This document shows, piece after piece, positions 37,155-45,807 of a stretch of 64,000 nucleotides of DNA. Source of the stretch: Candidatus Bathyarchaeia archaeon (lineage in GTDB: Archaea > Thermoproteota > Bathyarchaeia > 40CM-2-53-6); contig JBEKFP010000001.1 of the NCBI GenBank assembly GCA_050013255.1, positions 1,120,001 through 1,184,000 of the forward strand, written 5' to 3'. The position numbers were made by a program, and so were the translations under genes. The notes beneath the pieces were generated by a model. It did not search any database, was not told the DNA's origin, and worked only from the letters and a program-made list of their open reading frames with translations. Numbering within the stretch: the first letter of the stretch is position 1; every line of letters starts with the position of its first letter.

Positions 37155-37300
37155 GTGTGCGGTACTATTAATGCAGGGAGGCAAATTTGAACCGTCGTCG
37201 GTAGAGTAATTTTCTGTGTGTGTGGGTCTAATGGTGCGGGCAACGTAATTTGAACCGTCGTCGTTCGTCGTTAGAAAGTGTGTGTGCGCAACAATAGACG
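37155..37300. repeat. Site cluster G: two reverse tRNA-end sites (37155-37200, 37216-37260) plus a truncated forward symmetric site (37278-37300)
   Basis: AATTTGAACCGTCGTCG occurs twice; G2 reverse complement is GACGGTTCAAAT-TACGT-TGCCCGC-ACCA-TTA-GACCCACACACAC. Confidence 0.9.
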
Positions 37301-37306
37301 AGCTAT

Positions 37307-37936
37307 TCATTCCTTTGTTGTTTTCTTCTCTGAGACCCGCCTCACCGAAGATAGGACTAGCGGGGCAAACCAGAGGTAGAATCTCAAGGGGGTACTCAGT
37401 ATGGTCCAGCTCCAAAAGATGGGTGCTATTGTTAGGGCGAAAAGGCCCGCCGAAAAGAACAAGATGGTCCTGATTCGCCTATACTTGGCGAGTAGGTTTT
37501 GTGGGAGAAGTTTTCTGTCCTCAATGGTCAATTGATGGGTGAATAGTGCGAGTATCGCCATTAACCCTGCCATGTCAAGGGCGTAGGCTATTGAAGCGGC
37601 GTCTAGGAGGGCGGGATGGCCCGAAAAGTCGAAGACGACGTTCAAGTAAAATAGGTATGGCTCGATAGACACGAGAAAGAGCATGACGATGTTTAGTATG
37701 ACTGTGGTCATTTCCTCTAAAGGAAGAACAGACATGATGCTGGTGTAGCTCACCCACACTGAGATGAGAATTAGGAAGCTAAATCCGAATTCCACGACAT
37801 CGAAGAGTATGCCACCTGGGGTCTTAGGTAGCTTGATTATTAGGGAAATTGTTGCCACCGACAAGGCGAGTCCGAAAATCAAATCCGACAGGGACTCAAT
37901 CCGTGGCCTAGGATGTCTAGCAGTTTCCAACGCCAA
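37307..37936 (-). CDS. TMEM175-family potassium channel
   Basis: RIESLSDLIFG (RxxxFSD-like) motif; 6 TM. Confidence 0.82.
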   Translation of the reverse strand: MALETARHPRPRIESLSDLIFGLALSVATISLIIKLPKTPGGILFDVVEFGFSFLILISVWVSYTSIMSVLPLEEMTTVILNIVMLFLVSIEPYLFYLNVVFDFSGHPALLDAASIAYALDMAGLMAILALFTHQLTIEDRKLLPQNLLAKYRRIRTILFFSAGLFALTIAPIFWSWTILSTPLRFYLWFAPLVLSSVRRVSEKKTTKE

Positions 37937-38029
37937 TCACTCTACCCCCACTTACAGCGCTATAGATTCAAAAAGGCGTGGGTGGCAGTCCTCAAGCGAG
38001 GTCGGCCTAACCTAAGAGGAAGGAATTGG

Positions 38030-38239
38030 ATGACTCCAAGTGAGCGTGAGTTGCTTCAAGGTATGGTCAACTGCTATCACACTTGCCATGCTGACTTCGA
38101 AGATACGGTGGGTATGGTTGGTTCTGCTCGCGGGCTAAGCCCGGAAGAGGTTAAGGAAATCCTAACACGGCTCAGGGAAACAGGCGGCACCGAGTATAAG
38201 GAACTTAGAAGCCGTTTGCCTGATACCTTCCCTCTCTGA
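38030..38239 (+). CDS. Small hypothetical protein (69 aa)
   Basis: MTPSERELLQGM.NCY..C...; GAGGAAGGA upstream; first gene of a three-gene unit. Confidence 0.65.
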   Translation: MTPSERELLQGMVNCYHTCHADFEDTVGMVGSARGLSPEEVKEILTRLRETGGTEYKELRSRLPDTFPL

Positions 38240-38262
38240 ATACGTGAATGTGAGGCCCTAGT

Positions 38263-39162
38263 ATGACTAAATGTGCCGTCTGCGGAACGACCTTTCAAGC
38301 CGGGGATTACGATAGCCTCGCCCATCATTTCTATGAGTCGGCGGAAAGAAGCGACCCTGGTCACGTAATGTGGCTCAACAAGAACATCACAAGGAAAAAG
38401 ACGGATGCGTCCGAGCTCTCAAAACAGCTTCGAGTCTACCTCGACTTCCGGGCGATCGGAACAAAGGGATGGATGAAGAAGAGATTCATCGAGCGGTTCT
38501 ATGGAGAGAAACCGCACCCCTTCGTACTTGTCCTACAGCACCCATCCAAAGCAACTCTGTTAGGCTATGTGGTCGAACACCAGCATTTCCTACGGCAATG
38601 GACACGCAGCTGCGCATACATTATCGCGAAAACGGACAAAGTGGACGTTACGCTCTACGAATTGGACAACATCAATACAGAGTTCGGCGGAAACGGGCCC
38701 GACAAACCCTCACACTACGAACTGCTCATACGAATGGGCGAAAGCCTCGGTTTGCCTAGAGACAAGATCCTCGGGACGGATCCGCTATCCGACACTGCAT
38801 CGGCGACCAGGACATGGAACGAGATTGCTGAGAAGGAGCATTGGTTGGAGACGATGGCCGCGATGCATCCATTGGAGCTGATAGCTAACCGCAACCTGAG
38901 GGGGGAAGGAGCGAAGATGAGCTACTTTGACCGGTCAATACTGAGCGGAAACGAGGTCACGGACGCCACGAAGAACTTCCTTAGAGAGGGCTACGAGGCT
39001 GATGTTGAACATTCCGAAGAAGCCATGGACTTGATTGAGAAATATTCTGGCGACTTGGGTACAGCTGAGAACGTTCAGGCCACATTCCTTAGGTCGATTG
39101 ACGCATTTGACCGGTATTTGATGGCTCGCTTAGAAAGGGCGAAACAGTTTGAAAGTTCCTAA
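38263..39162 (+). CDS. Zinc finger fused to a heme-oxygenase-like (TenA/PqqC/CADD) domain
   Basis: CAVC...H...H N-terminus; N..E...HYEL, E and D..H metal-ligand pattern. Confidence 0.75.
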   Translation: MTKCAVCGTTFQAGDYDSLAHHFYESAERSDPGHVMWLNKNITRKKTDASELSKQLRVYLDFRAIGTKGWMKKRFIERFYGEKPHPFVLVLQHPSKATLLGYVVEHQHFLRQWTRSCAYIIAKTDKVDVTLYELDNINTEFGGNGPDKPSHYELLIRMGESLGLPRDKILGTDPLSDTASATRTWNEIAEKEHWLETMAAMHPLELIANRNLRGEGAKMSYFDRSILSGNEVTDATKNFLREGYEADVEHSEEAMDLIEKYSGDLGTAENVQATFLRSIDAFDRYLMARLERAKQFESS

Positions 39163-39433
39163 GGGCTGCGCCATCTGCGAATCGACTTGGGGCAACCACT
39201 GGGCCGAAGTGGAAGGACAGAAAATGTTCTTCTGCTGTGAGATATGTGAGGTCGAATTCCGAAACATGATTGAAGAAGTCAAACGTAGAACGGGTTGGAA
39301 GACGATCGACGAGGTCAGAATAACAGGAGACCAGAAAGGTAGGGAATGCACAGCCCGATTGGGGCTTCAAGCCTTTCGCTATTTCATTCGATTCAGTTCA
39401 CAAGGGGCAATCGATACTTTCAGAGAAATATGA
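39149..39433 (+). CDS. TA0938-family Cys-rich protein
   Basis: GCAICESTWG.....V.G..MFFCCEIC. Confidence 0.75.
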   Translation: MKVPKGCAICESTWGNHWAEVEGQKMFFCCEICEVEFRNMIEEVKRRTGWKTIDEVRITGDQKGRECTARLGLQAFRYFIRFSSQGAIDTFREI

Positions 39434-39565
39434 GTTCTCACTAGGTGGCGCGTCTCGCCGAACAAAAGCCCGTAAGCATGATTATATTTTGCACTAATTC
39501 CCCACCCACGGAGAGCCCACTAACAAATATCTGGGAACCTTTCGAGTCATCGGAGGCGGGGGCGT

Positions 39566-39847
39566 TTATTTTGCCAGTTTGTATGCGTCGATTACCTGCC
39601 AAATCCAGAAAACTAGGGCGTAAATTGTGAGAGCGAGTCTATAGGGGAAGAAACCTCCAGTCGACCTGAATGAGATGAAGAGAGTCTGCCATATCAGCGC
39701 TAGCGTCCCGACTATTATTCCAGCGACGAGGATTGATGCGCCGCGTTCTGGTCTGCCAGCGTACATCTGCCCTAACCCAGGAACTAGAAGGGAAAGTACT
39801 GCCGCTACTGGCGGGTCACGTTTAGGCTTGACTTCACGTTTAGGCAT
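39566..39847 (-). CDS. TM2-like small membrane protein
   Basis: AAVLS...PGLGQMY.G; W...DAY. Confidence 0.75.
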   Translation of the reverse strand: MPKREVKPKRDPPVAAVLSLLVPGLGQMYAGRPERGASILVAGIIVGTLALIWQTLFISFRSTGGFFPYRLALTIYALVFWIWQVIDAYKLAK

Positions 39848-39929
39848 GACTTGTCACAGCATCATTAGCTCTCGTCGTAACTCTATTATTATTTGTGGAC
39901 GGATTTGCGGCGGAAGGATTTCGGCCAGC

Positions 39930-41411
39930 TCAGGCCGTATACTTCTCTTGCAAGTATTTGACCAGCCATTCGGGGTTGTATTCTTCGCCGAACAGCCGCT
40001 TCTGGAGCTCTTTGGGAGAGTAGGTTGCGCCGTAGTTGTGTATTTTCTCCTTCAGCCAAGTCTTGATTCTTCCCAGTTCACCTTTTTTCACCAGTTCCTT
40101 CGTATCCATGTCCTTCTTAATTCGTTGGAAGATCATGCCGGCTATGACATTGCCCAGCGAATATGTTGGGAAATATCCAATAAGTCCGCCACTCCAATGC
40201 ACGTCTTGCAGAACACCTTGCGCATCGTCCTTGGGTCTGACACCGACAAATTTCTCCATCAGGTCGCTCCAGAGTGACGGGGCTTCGGAGACTGCGATTT
40301 CTCCGCCGATCAGTTTCTTCTCCAATTCGTACCGCAATACGATGTGGAAATTGTAGGTCAGCTCATCTGCGTCGACGCGGATCGGGCTTGGTTTGACCGC
40401 GCAGAAGTACCTGTATATCTCGTCTTCGTTGTAGCCCGAGACGAAGGGCAGGTTTGCCTTTAATGTTGGGTAAACTAGTTTTGTGAATTCTTTGCTTCTC
40501 CCGATGAAGTTCTCCCAGAACCTAGACTGAGATTCATGAACGCCGAGTGAGTTGCCTCTAGAGAGTGGAGTGTACTCTAGAGAGGGATCTACTTGCAAAT
40601 CGTAGATTGCATGGCCTGATTCATGGATAGTGGAGAACAGGGATTCTTTGAAATCCTTTCCTTCGTACCTTGTTGTAATCCGCACATCTTCAACTGACAT
40701 GCTCGTAGTGAAGGGGTGAGTGGAAACATCCATCCTGAAAGTCTTCTCAGGCATTGCAAGCAGCTTCAGGACTTCAACGTTCACACGCCTCATAGCGGCT
40801 TCATCATAGGCAACTGACTCCAAGGGGTGCGTGCTCGGAAACTTGCCTTCGGAAACAACCTTGTTGACAATTCTCTTGAGGTTAGGGACGAGGGGTGAGA
40901 AGACGCGGTCGACGTCGGTTGTTGTAAGTTCCTCTTCGAATTGGTTCATGAGGGCATTGTAGGGGTGTCCTTTGTAACCGAGTTTCTCTGCTTCCTGTTT
41001 CTTCAGGTCCACCATTTTCTCTAAGTAACCTTTGAACATCTGGAAGTCAGATTTTCGTCTCGCCTCCCTCCAGACGACTGTGCCTTCGATTGCGGTTCTC
41101 CGGAGCTCTTCCAAGAGCTTCGGCGGGATTTTCATGAAATAGTCAAGCTCGCGTTTAACTACCCTCAGAACTCCCCTTTCGTAATCGTTCATATCTCCAA
41201 GTTTTTCCGCCTTCGACACAAGGTCGGCCAGTTCAATCGTGCGTTCTTGTCTCATCAGCGATGTCTGAGCAATCGCGAACCCCCTAGACTTCGATGAACC
41301 GAGGGGCATGTAAGTTTCCATATCCCATTCAAGCAGCGCCGAGTTATGATCTAGCGCCCAGAGGGGTTTGTGTTTCTCAATAATTTCCATTATAACCGGA
41401 TTACTTGACAT
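39930..41411 (-). CDS. Thermostable carboxypeptidase, peptidase M32
   Basis: HPF, RITT, HESGH, HESQSRFWEN, IRVDADE, QDVHW and GYFPTY. Confidence 0.96.
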   Translation of the reverse strand: MSSNPVIMEIIEKHKPLWALDHNSALLEWDMETYMPLGSSKSRGFAIAQTSLMRQERTIELADLVSKAEKLGDMNDYERGVLRVVKRELDYFMKIPPKLLEELRRTAIEGTVVWREARRKSDFQMFKGYLEKMVDLKKQEAEKLGYKGHPYNALMNQFEEELTTTDVDRVFSPLVPNLKRIVNKVVSEGKFPSTHPLESVAYDEAAMRRVNVEVLKLLAMPEKTFRMDVSTHPFTTSMSVEDVRITTRYEGKDFKESLFSTIHESGHAIYDLQVDPSLEYTPLSRGNSLGVHESQSRFWENFIGRSKEFTKLVYPTLKANLPFVSGYNEDEIYRYFCAVKPSPIRVDADELTYNFHIVLRYELEKKLIGGEIAVSEAPSLWSDLMEKFVGVRPKDDAQGVLQDVHWSGGLIGYFPTYSLGNVIAGMIFQRIKKDMDTKELVKKGELGRIKTWLKEKIHNYGATYSPKELQKRLFGEEYNPEWLVKYLQEKYTA

Positions 41412-41438
41412 GGAAAATAACGCAGCCCAATCTCAGTA

Positions 41439-41888
41439 TTAAATTGTGGGCATAGAATTCGAATGTGTTTTCCTGAAAGTGAAAAAAACCAGTGCAACCG
41501 TGAACGCTATGAGGAGCGGTTCTATCATTGGCGGGAATTCAGGGACGGCTTGCTGCAGATAGAAGTTTATTGTGTTTGATGAATTGTCCGTGAGATTGAC
41601 AGTAGCGCTGTTAGCCGTGTATCCATGAGCGCTGACTCTAACGTTGTATGTTCCGGCGGGAACTCGCATCTGGTAGACTCCGCTCATACCAGAAAATGCT
41701 TCGAAGGTTTGTTGGCTGTTGCTGGCATAAACGGTCGCCCAGTCAAAGGGATGGCCGTCAACTCCAATTACCATGCCCGTTATCTCTCCACCTGGCCCAC
41801 CGTAGTACTGCTGCGTCGATTGGGCGAACACCAACCTACTGCCAATCAAGACTAGCGCAAGAAGCGAAGCCGTCAGGATAAATCTCAT
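41439..41888 (-). CDS. Secreted carboxypeptidase-regulatory-like domain protein with PEF-CTERM-type sorting signal
   Basis: Signal peptide; G.Y...VPAGTY.V.VSA.GY; C-terminal VPEF, TM, then RK. Confidence 0.8.
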   Translation of the reverse strand: MRFILTASLLALVLIGSRLVFAQSTQQYYGGPGGEITGMVIGVDGHPFDWATVYASNSQQTFEAFSGMSGVYQMRVPAGTYNVRVSAHGYTANSATVNLTDNSSNTINFYLQQAVPEFPPMIEPLLIAFTVALVFFTFRKTHSNSMPTI

Positions 41889-42030
41889 AAATCCCGCTCA
41901 ACTAGAAGGATCAAGTTGGATTACTGGCAATAAAAGACTTGATAGACAGTCCAACTCCCACTTCATTCCGAAATCCTTCATCACTCTTCGTGTTTTCGGT
42001 CTTGCGGTTGGTTTACATTTAGTACAAGGC

Positions 42031-43083
42031 TTGAGTTTGATTAGCAAAGAAATTGATCAGGCGGAAGCATTGGGTCTCCGGAAGAGGATTTCTGACCTCA
42101 GGGTGTCGGTTCTTCCCGATTTCTATTTTGACAGGATAGTTCGGGTTCCTTCCTTTCGTGACTTGATTAGGCAGGTTGAGTTGAAGGCGGCGTCAGGGGG
42201 CGGCAACCTACGCGGCCTCTTTCAGACAGAGGTCAAGGGTGGAAACGCGACAAACCTTGCCTACGCCTTATCATCGCTGTCAGCTAGAACAAACCTTTAC
42301 TGTGTGGGAAATTCGCTTACACGAGCCGTACTTTCAACACCTCCAGCAGGTTGCAAGGTCAGGGTCATTGAGGGCCGGCCAGGTTATACAATGGCCCTCG
42401 AATTCCGCTTCAAACGGAAACCAGTCAACATCATGTTCAGCGATGTCGGTGACATTTCGAATTTCGATGGTAGAGAACTCACTCGACACGACACTATGAC
42501 CCTGAGGAAATCTGATTGCGTCGCTCTCGTGAACTGGTCTTCCAATGCGAAAGGAACCGAGCTTGCGCGCAGGGTCTTTGGTCTAAGCGACCGGGAAGGC
42601 AGGTTGAATTTCATTGACCTTGCAGATGTGGCCGGCGCAGAGAGTAGGGTCAGAACTCTAGCGAGGAACATTCTCGATCAAGGATTAGTTGACGTAATCA
42701 GCCTAAACGAGAACGAGGCTAGAATTATAGCGCGCACGCTTTCAATAGGGGGGCTGCGGCGTTCATATGATCGTCGTGACGTACTCAGAGTGTCAAACCT
42801 GCTTCACAACTCCCTCCGCGTCGTGGTAGACGTTCATACTCCAATCGGAAGCGCCTCTTCAACCAATCAAGAAGACGTATGGGTAGATTCGTTTGGCAAA
42901 GTCAGCGGCTTTGTGACTGGAGCAGGTGATGTTTGGGATGCGGGAGACATAATCGGACACCTTCTCAGCTTCAACGCCGAAGATAGGCTGCGTTTCGCTA
43001 ACGCCTGCGCGCATCTTTACCTAACCAACAAGAATGCCCGACTTCCAACCCTTCGTGAAGTCGCGCATTTCGCAAGCCTCTAA
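42031..43083 (+). CDS. PfkB-family carbohydrate kinase
   Basis: GGNATN, LNENEA and TGAGDVWDAG. Confidence 0.85.
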   Translation: MSLISKEIDQAEALGLRKRISDLRVSVLPDFYFDRIVRVPSFRDLIRQVELKAASGGGNLRGLFQTEVKGGNATNLAYALSSLSARTNLYCVGNSLTRAVLSTPPAGCKVRVIEGRPGYTMALEFRFKRKPVNIMFSDVGDISNFDGRELTRHDTMTLRKSDCVALVNWSSNAKGTELARRVFGLSDREGRLNFIDLADVAGAESRVRTLARNILDQGLVDVISLNENEARIIARTLSIGGLRRSYDRRDVLRVSNLLHNSLRVVVDVHTPIGSASSTNQEDVWVDSFGKVSGFVTGAGDVWDAGDIIGHLLSFNAEDRLRFANACAHLYLTNKNARLPTLREVAHFASL

Positions 43084-43106
43084 CTCTTTTATCTCCGGCA
43101 TCGGAG

Positions 43107-43751
43107 TTGCGGAAGATGCCCATGCCTTTCCCTAACATCAACGAACGCCGAACGTTTCAGTTGGGCGCCAAGCACGTCTCTAAGGTTGATCCAAAGCTTC
43201 AGCAACTCGTCAAAGAACTTGGTCAGATCGATTTCGAGGCTAGTGGAGATCCATTTGAATCACTAGTTGAAGCGATCATTTCTCAGCAATTAAGCGGCAA
43301 GTCCGCTCGGGCAATTTTTGGTAGACTGAAGGCTCTGATTGGAAGCGAAGTAATCGAGGCGCATGCCCTCAAGAGGACGCACGTATCAAGATTGAGGAAA
43401 GCGGGGGTTTCTCCACAAAAGATCCGTTACCTCAAAGATTTGAGTTCGCGGGTGGCTAAGGGTCAACTGGACCTTGAGCGTCTCAAGGAGATGGAGGACG
43501 CTGAAGTAATTCGTATACTTGACGAAGTCAAAGGCATAGGTCCGTGGACGGCGCACATGTTTCTGCTCTTCACGCTGGGACGGCCGGATGTTCTTCCGGT
43601 CGATGACCTTGGGATTCAACTAGCGGTTAAGAGGGTATACTCCTTGCGCAAACTTCCTAGCGCGAAGAAGATTGAGGAAATTGCGAGCAATTGGCATCCA
43701 TATTGCTCTGTAGCGTCATTGTATCTCTGGCACGCGAAGAAAGTTCAGTAA
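43107..43751 (+). CDS. DNA-3-methyladenine glycosylase II (AlkA family)
   Basis: IISQQLS, KGIGPWTA and DVLPVDDLG (HhH-GPD). Confidence 0.92.
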   Translation: MRKMPMPFPNINERRTFQLGAKHVSKVDPKLQQLVKELGQIDFEASGDPFESLVEAIISQQLSGKSARAIFGRLKALIGSEVIEAHALKRTHVSRLRKAGVSPQKIRYLKDLSSRVAKGQLDLERLKEMEDAEVIRILDEVKGIGPWTAHMFLLFTLGRPDVLPVDDLGIQLAVKRVYSLRKLPSAKKIEEIASNWHPYCSVASLYLWHAKKVQ

Positions 43752-43877
43752 CAGTAGATTCATGTTAGCGGGAACTTCTCGGCTACGACCCGACTTGCGC
43801 AAAACACTATCCTAAACGGAAAGGATAATTGCTGACGCACCTTTGGGAGGAATGTTAGGAGTGAGCGTGGGGTCCGA

Positions 43878-44042
43878 ATGAGCACGGAGGTTTGTTCTTG
43901 CGGCAGCGGGAAGAGACCTACAGGATATTGCGAAGAATGTGGAATGAAATACTGTAACGAATGCAAATTCACGCACCTATACACCCCTCCGGCTATGAGT
44001 ACTGCCGATTTCCTCTACGCAAGCGTAGGCAAGAAGAAATAG
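43878..44042 (+). CDS. 54-aa B-box-like zinc-finger microprotein (absent from the ORF track)
   Basis: MSTEVCSCGSGKRPTGYCEECGMKYCNECKFTHLYTPPAMSTADFLYASVGKKK. Confidence 0.6.
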   Translation: MSTEVCSCGSGKRPTGYCEECGMKYCNECKFTHLYTPPAMSTADFLYASVGKKK

Positions 44043-44070
44043 CATCGTCTTCTGAGCGAGGGGACTCGGG

Positions 44071-44457
44071 TTGCTTTCCGCGAACCAAAAACCACGCTTG
44101 GTCTACGACGGGGTCTGCAATCTATGCACGGGCGCTGTTCGTTTTCTTCACGCGCTGCGGGGTGAAAAGCTGGTTCAATATACGCCGTTCCAGAACCTTA
44201 GGTCAGATGTGCGGCGGGCCTACGGTTTGACGGATGAAGCTCTCCAGGGACGCATGTACCTCATCCGAAGAGACGGATCCCTTGCAAGTGGCCCTTTTGC
44301 ATTAGTGGAGGTGTGCAAGCTCCTGACACCATTCAGCTTCCTTTGTAGCCTGTTCGGAACACCCTTCGCTCAACGATTATATGATTGGGTGGCTCAGCGG
44401 CGTTACAGGATCTTCGGCTGCAGGGAATCATGTTACGTCGTCAAATCAAGTGACTGA
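44071..44457 (+). CDS. DCC-family (DUF393) thiol-disulfide oxidoreductase-like protein
   Basis: YDGVCNLC; Y.WVA.RRY..FG. Confidence 0.88.
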   Translation: MLSANQKPRLVYDGVCNLCTGAVRFLHALRGEKLVQYTPFQNLRSDVRRAYGLTDEALQGRMYLIRRDGSLASGPFALVEVCKLLTPFSFLCSLFGTPFAQRLYDWVAQRRYRIFGCRESCYVVKSSD

Positions 44458-44469
44458 GCTCGGAAGGCT

Positions 44470-45408
44470 TCACGAAGGCTTCATTATCAACGCAATCTCA
44501 TCGGGGTCCGAGATGAAGAGTTGCCCGTTTCCCTCATGCTGCGCGATAGGGCTGTCGGCCAACATGTTTGATAGTTCATTGAGGTTTTCGCGTGGAACTG
44601 TAATAGTTAAGTGGTCCAGGCCTGCCCAATTCCTTTCGACGGGTTTTCCTCCTAGGCTTTCCCATGTGTTCATTCCGATGTGGTGGTGGTACCGCCCGAC
44701 GGAAAGGAAGGCAGCGCTTCCATAGTACCTCATCAAATCTAAACCCATCACGCTACGGTAGAAGGAGATCGACCTCTGCAGGTCGGTAACCTTCAAGTGA
44801 ATGTGACCCACCTTGGTTCCATCAGCTATGGCCCTCAAACTATCCCGCCGTGCGTCGGTCACTTCCTTTAGCAAGGAATCAATGTCAAGTGGCTGTGTTG
44901 TCATATCCACGTACCCGTCTTCATCAAATTTCCAACGACCCCTAGTCCTGTCTGCGTATATCTCTATTCCATTTCCTTCAGGGTCCGTCAGGTAGAGTGC
45001 TTCACTGACTAGGTGGTTCGCGAAACCGTCAAAAATTATCCCTGCATTTCCGATAGCGACGTAGGAGGCTGCTAGGCTTCTTCTATCTGGAACCAGTAAC
45101 GCGTAATGGTAGAGCCCAGCAGCATCGTCGGGCGCTCTTTCGGCATTTGGAAGATGCCTCAAAACTATAATGGGCTCTGCAGATTTGCTGGGGCTAAGCT
45201 CAACAACCTCTTCGTCCCGCCGGCGGGCTACGAGGCCAAGGTCCTTTTCGTAGAAGGACAGCATCGAACCTAGGTCCCTTACCTTCAAAGAAACAGGTCC
45301 GAGCGTCATTTCTGGATTGAGTTTGAATTCCGGTATGGGCATGTCGATGTATCCTCTGCCTGTTGGGTTAGGTTTTCCAGGAATTAAATCAAAAGGGGTT
45401 TGAGGCAA
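44470..45408 (-). CDS. VOC-family protein (CatE-like catechol 2,3-dioxygenase / glyoxalase)
   Basis: GLYHYA, HLVSEALYL.DPEGNGIEIY.D, GHIHL and YHHHIGMNTW. Confidence 0.9.
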   Translation of the reverse strand: MPQTPFDLIPGKPNPTGRGYIDMPIPEFKLNPEMTLGPVSLKVRDLGSMLSFYEKDLGLVARRRDEEVVELSPSKSAEPIIVLRHLPNAERAPDDAAGLYHYALLVPDRRSLAASYVAIGNAGIIFDGFANHLVSEALYLTDPEGNGIEIYADRTRGRWKFDEDGYVDMTTQPLDIDSLLKEVTDARRDSLRAIADGTKVGHIHLKVTDLQRSISFYRSVMGLDLMRYYGSAAFLSVGRYHHHIGMNTWESLGGKPVERNWAGLDHLTITVPRENLNELSNMLADSPIAQHEGNGQLFISDPDEIALIMKPS

Positions 45409-45597
45409 CGGTCGGTATTGGGGACATTAATTGTCTAGTGTGTTTGCCTCAGAGTAACATAGGTTCCACACAAAATTACACCACTCCCCCACGGGGGGGT
45501 CCACCCATTGAGGCTAGGGTGGATCCACCCATCAAGGGGTGGTGCCAAACGGTGCCAAGCGAAGGTAACTCCAGGCTGGTTTTGCGCCTCGATCCCC

Positions 45598-45807
45598 TCA
45601 TACGGAGCGGTTTACAGACCCAGGCCATGCATCTCCCCTTGACCGATGCCTTTGAACAATCCAGACCAGTTCGTCGAACGTGAGCGAACAACTGCCCGCT
45701 TCCTCCTGCCCATCTCGAACTATTTGTAGCAGTTGCCTAGCCCTCGTACCTATGGCTTCGCGGCTGAGGGCTGCGTAGAGGAACACATTTGAGTCGGGGT
45801 AAAGCGT
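45598..45807 (-). pseudogene. vapC: Truncated VapC/PIN toxin
   Basis: TLYPDSNVFLY...TFDELVW; start codon reads ACG; lacks the C-terminal half. Confidence 0.7.

Larger units (their letters stand above)
31715..37300. mobile_element. tRNA-Arg-adjacent accessory island made of cassettes bounded by repeated 13-6-13 sites
   Basis: At least 11 related sites lie between cargo genes; a perfect 28-bp inverted repeat joins 31727-31754 and 37216-37243. Confidence 0.65.

Noticed and set aside
31715-37300. CRISPR array or canonical integron attC array
   Set aside because: The repeats are irregularly spaced, in both orientations and separated by whole genes. There are no RYYYAAC/GTTRRRY boxes and no cas or intI gene in the window.
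37122-37415. Repeated peptide ARTIRPTHT in ORFs 37122-37415 and 31684-31881
   Set aside because: It is a translation artefact of the non-coding DNA repeat; the reading frames are not conserved in other copies.
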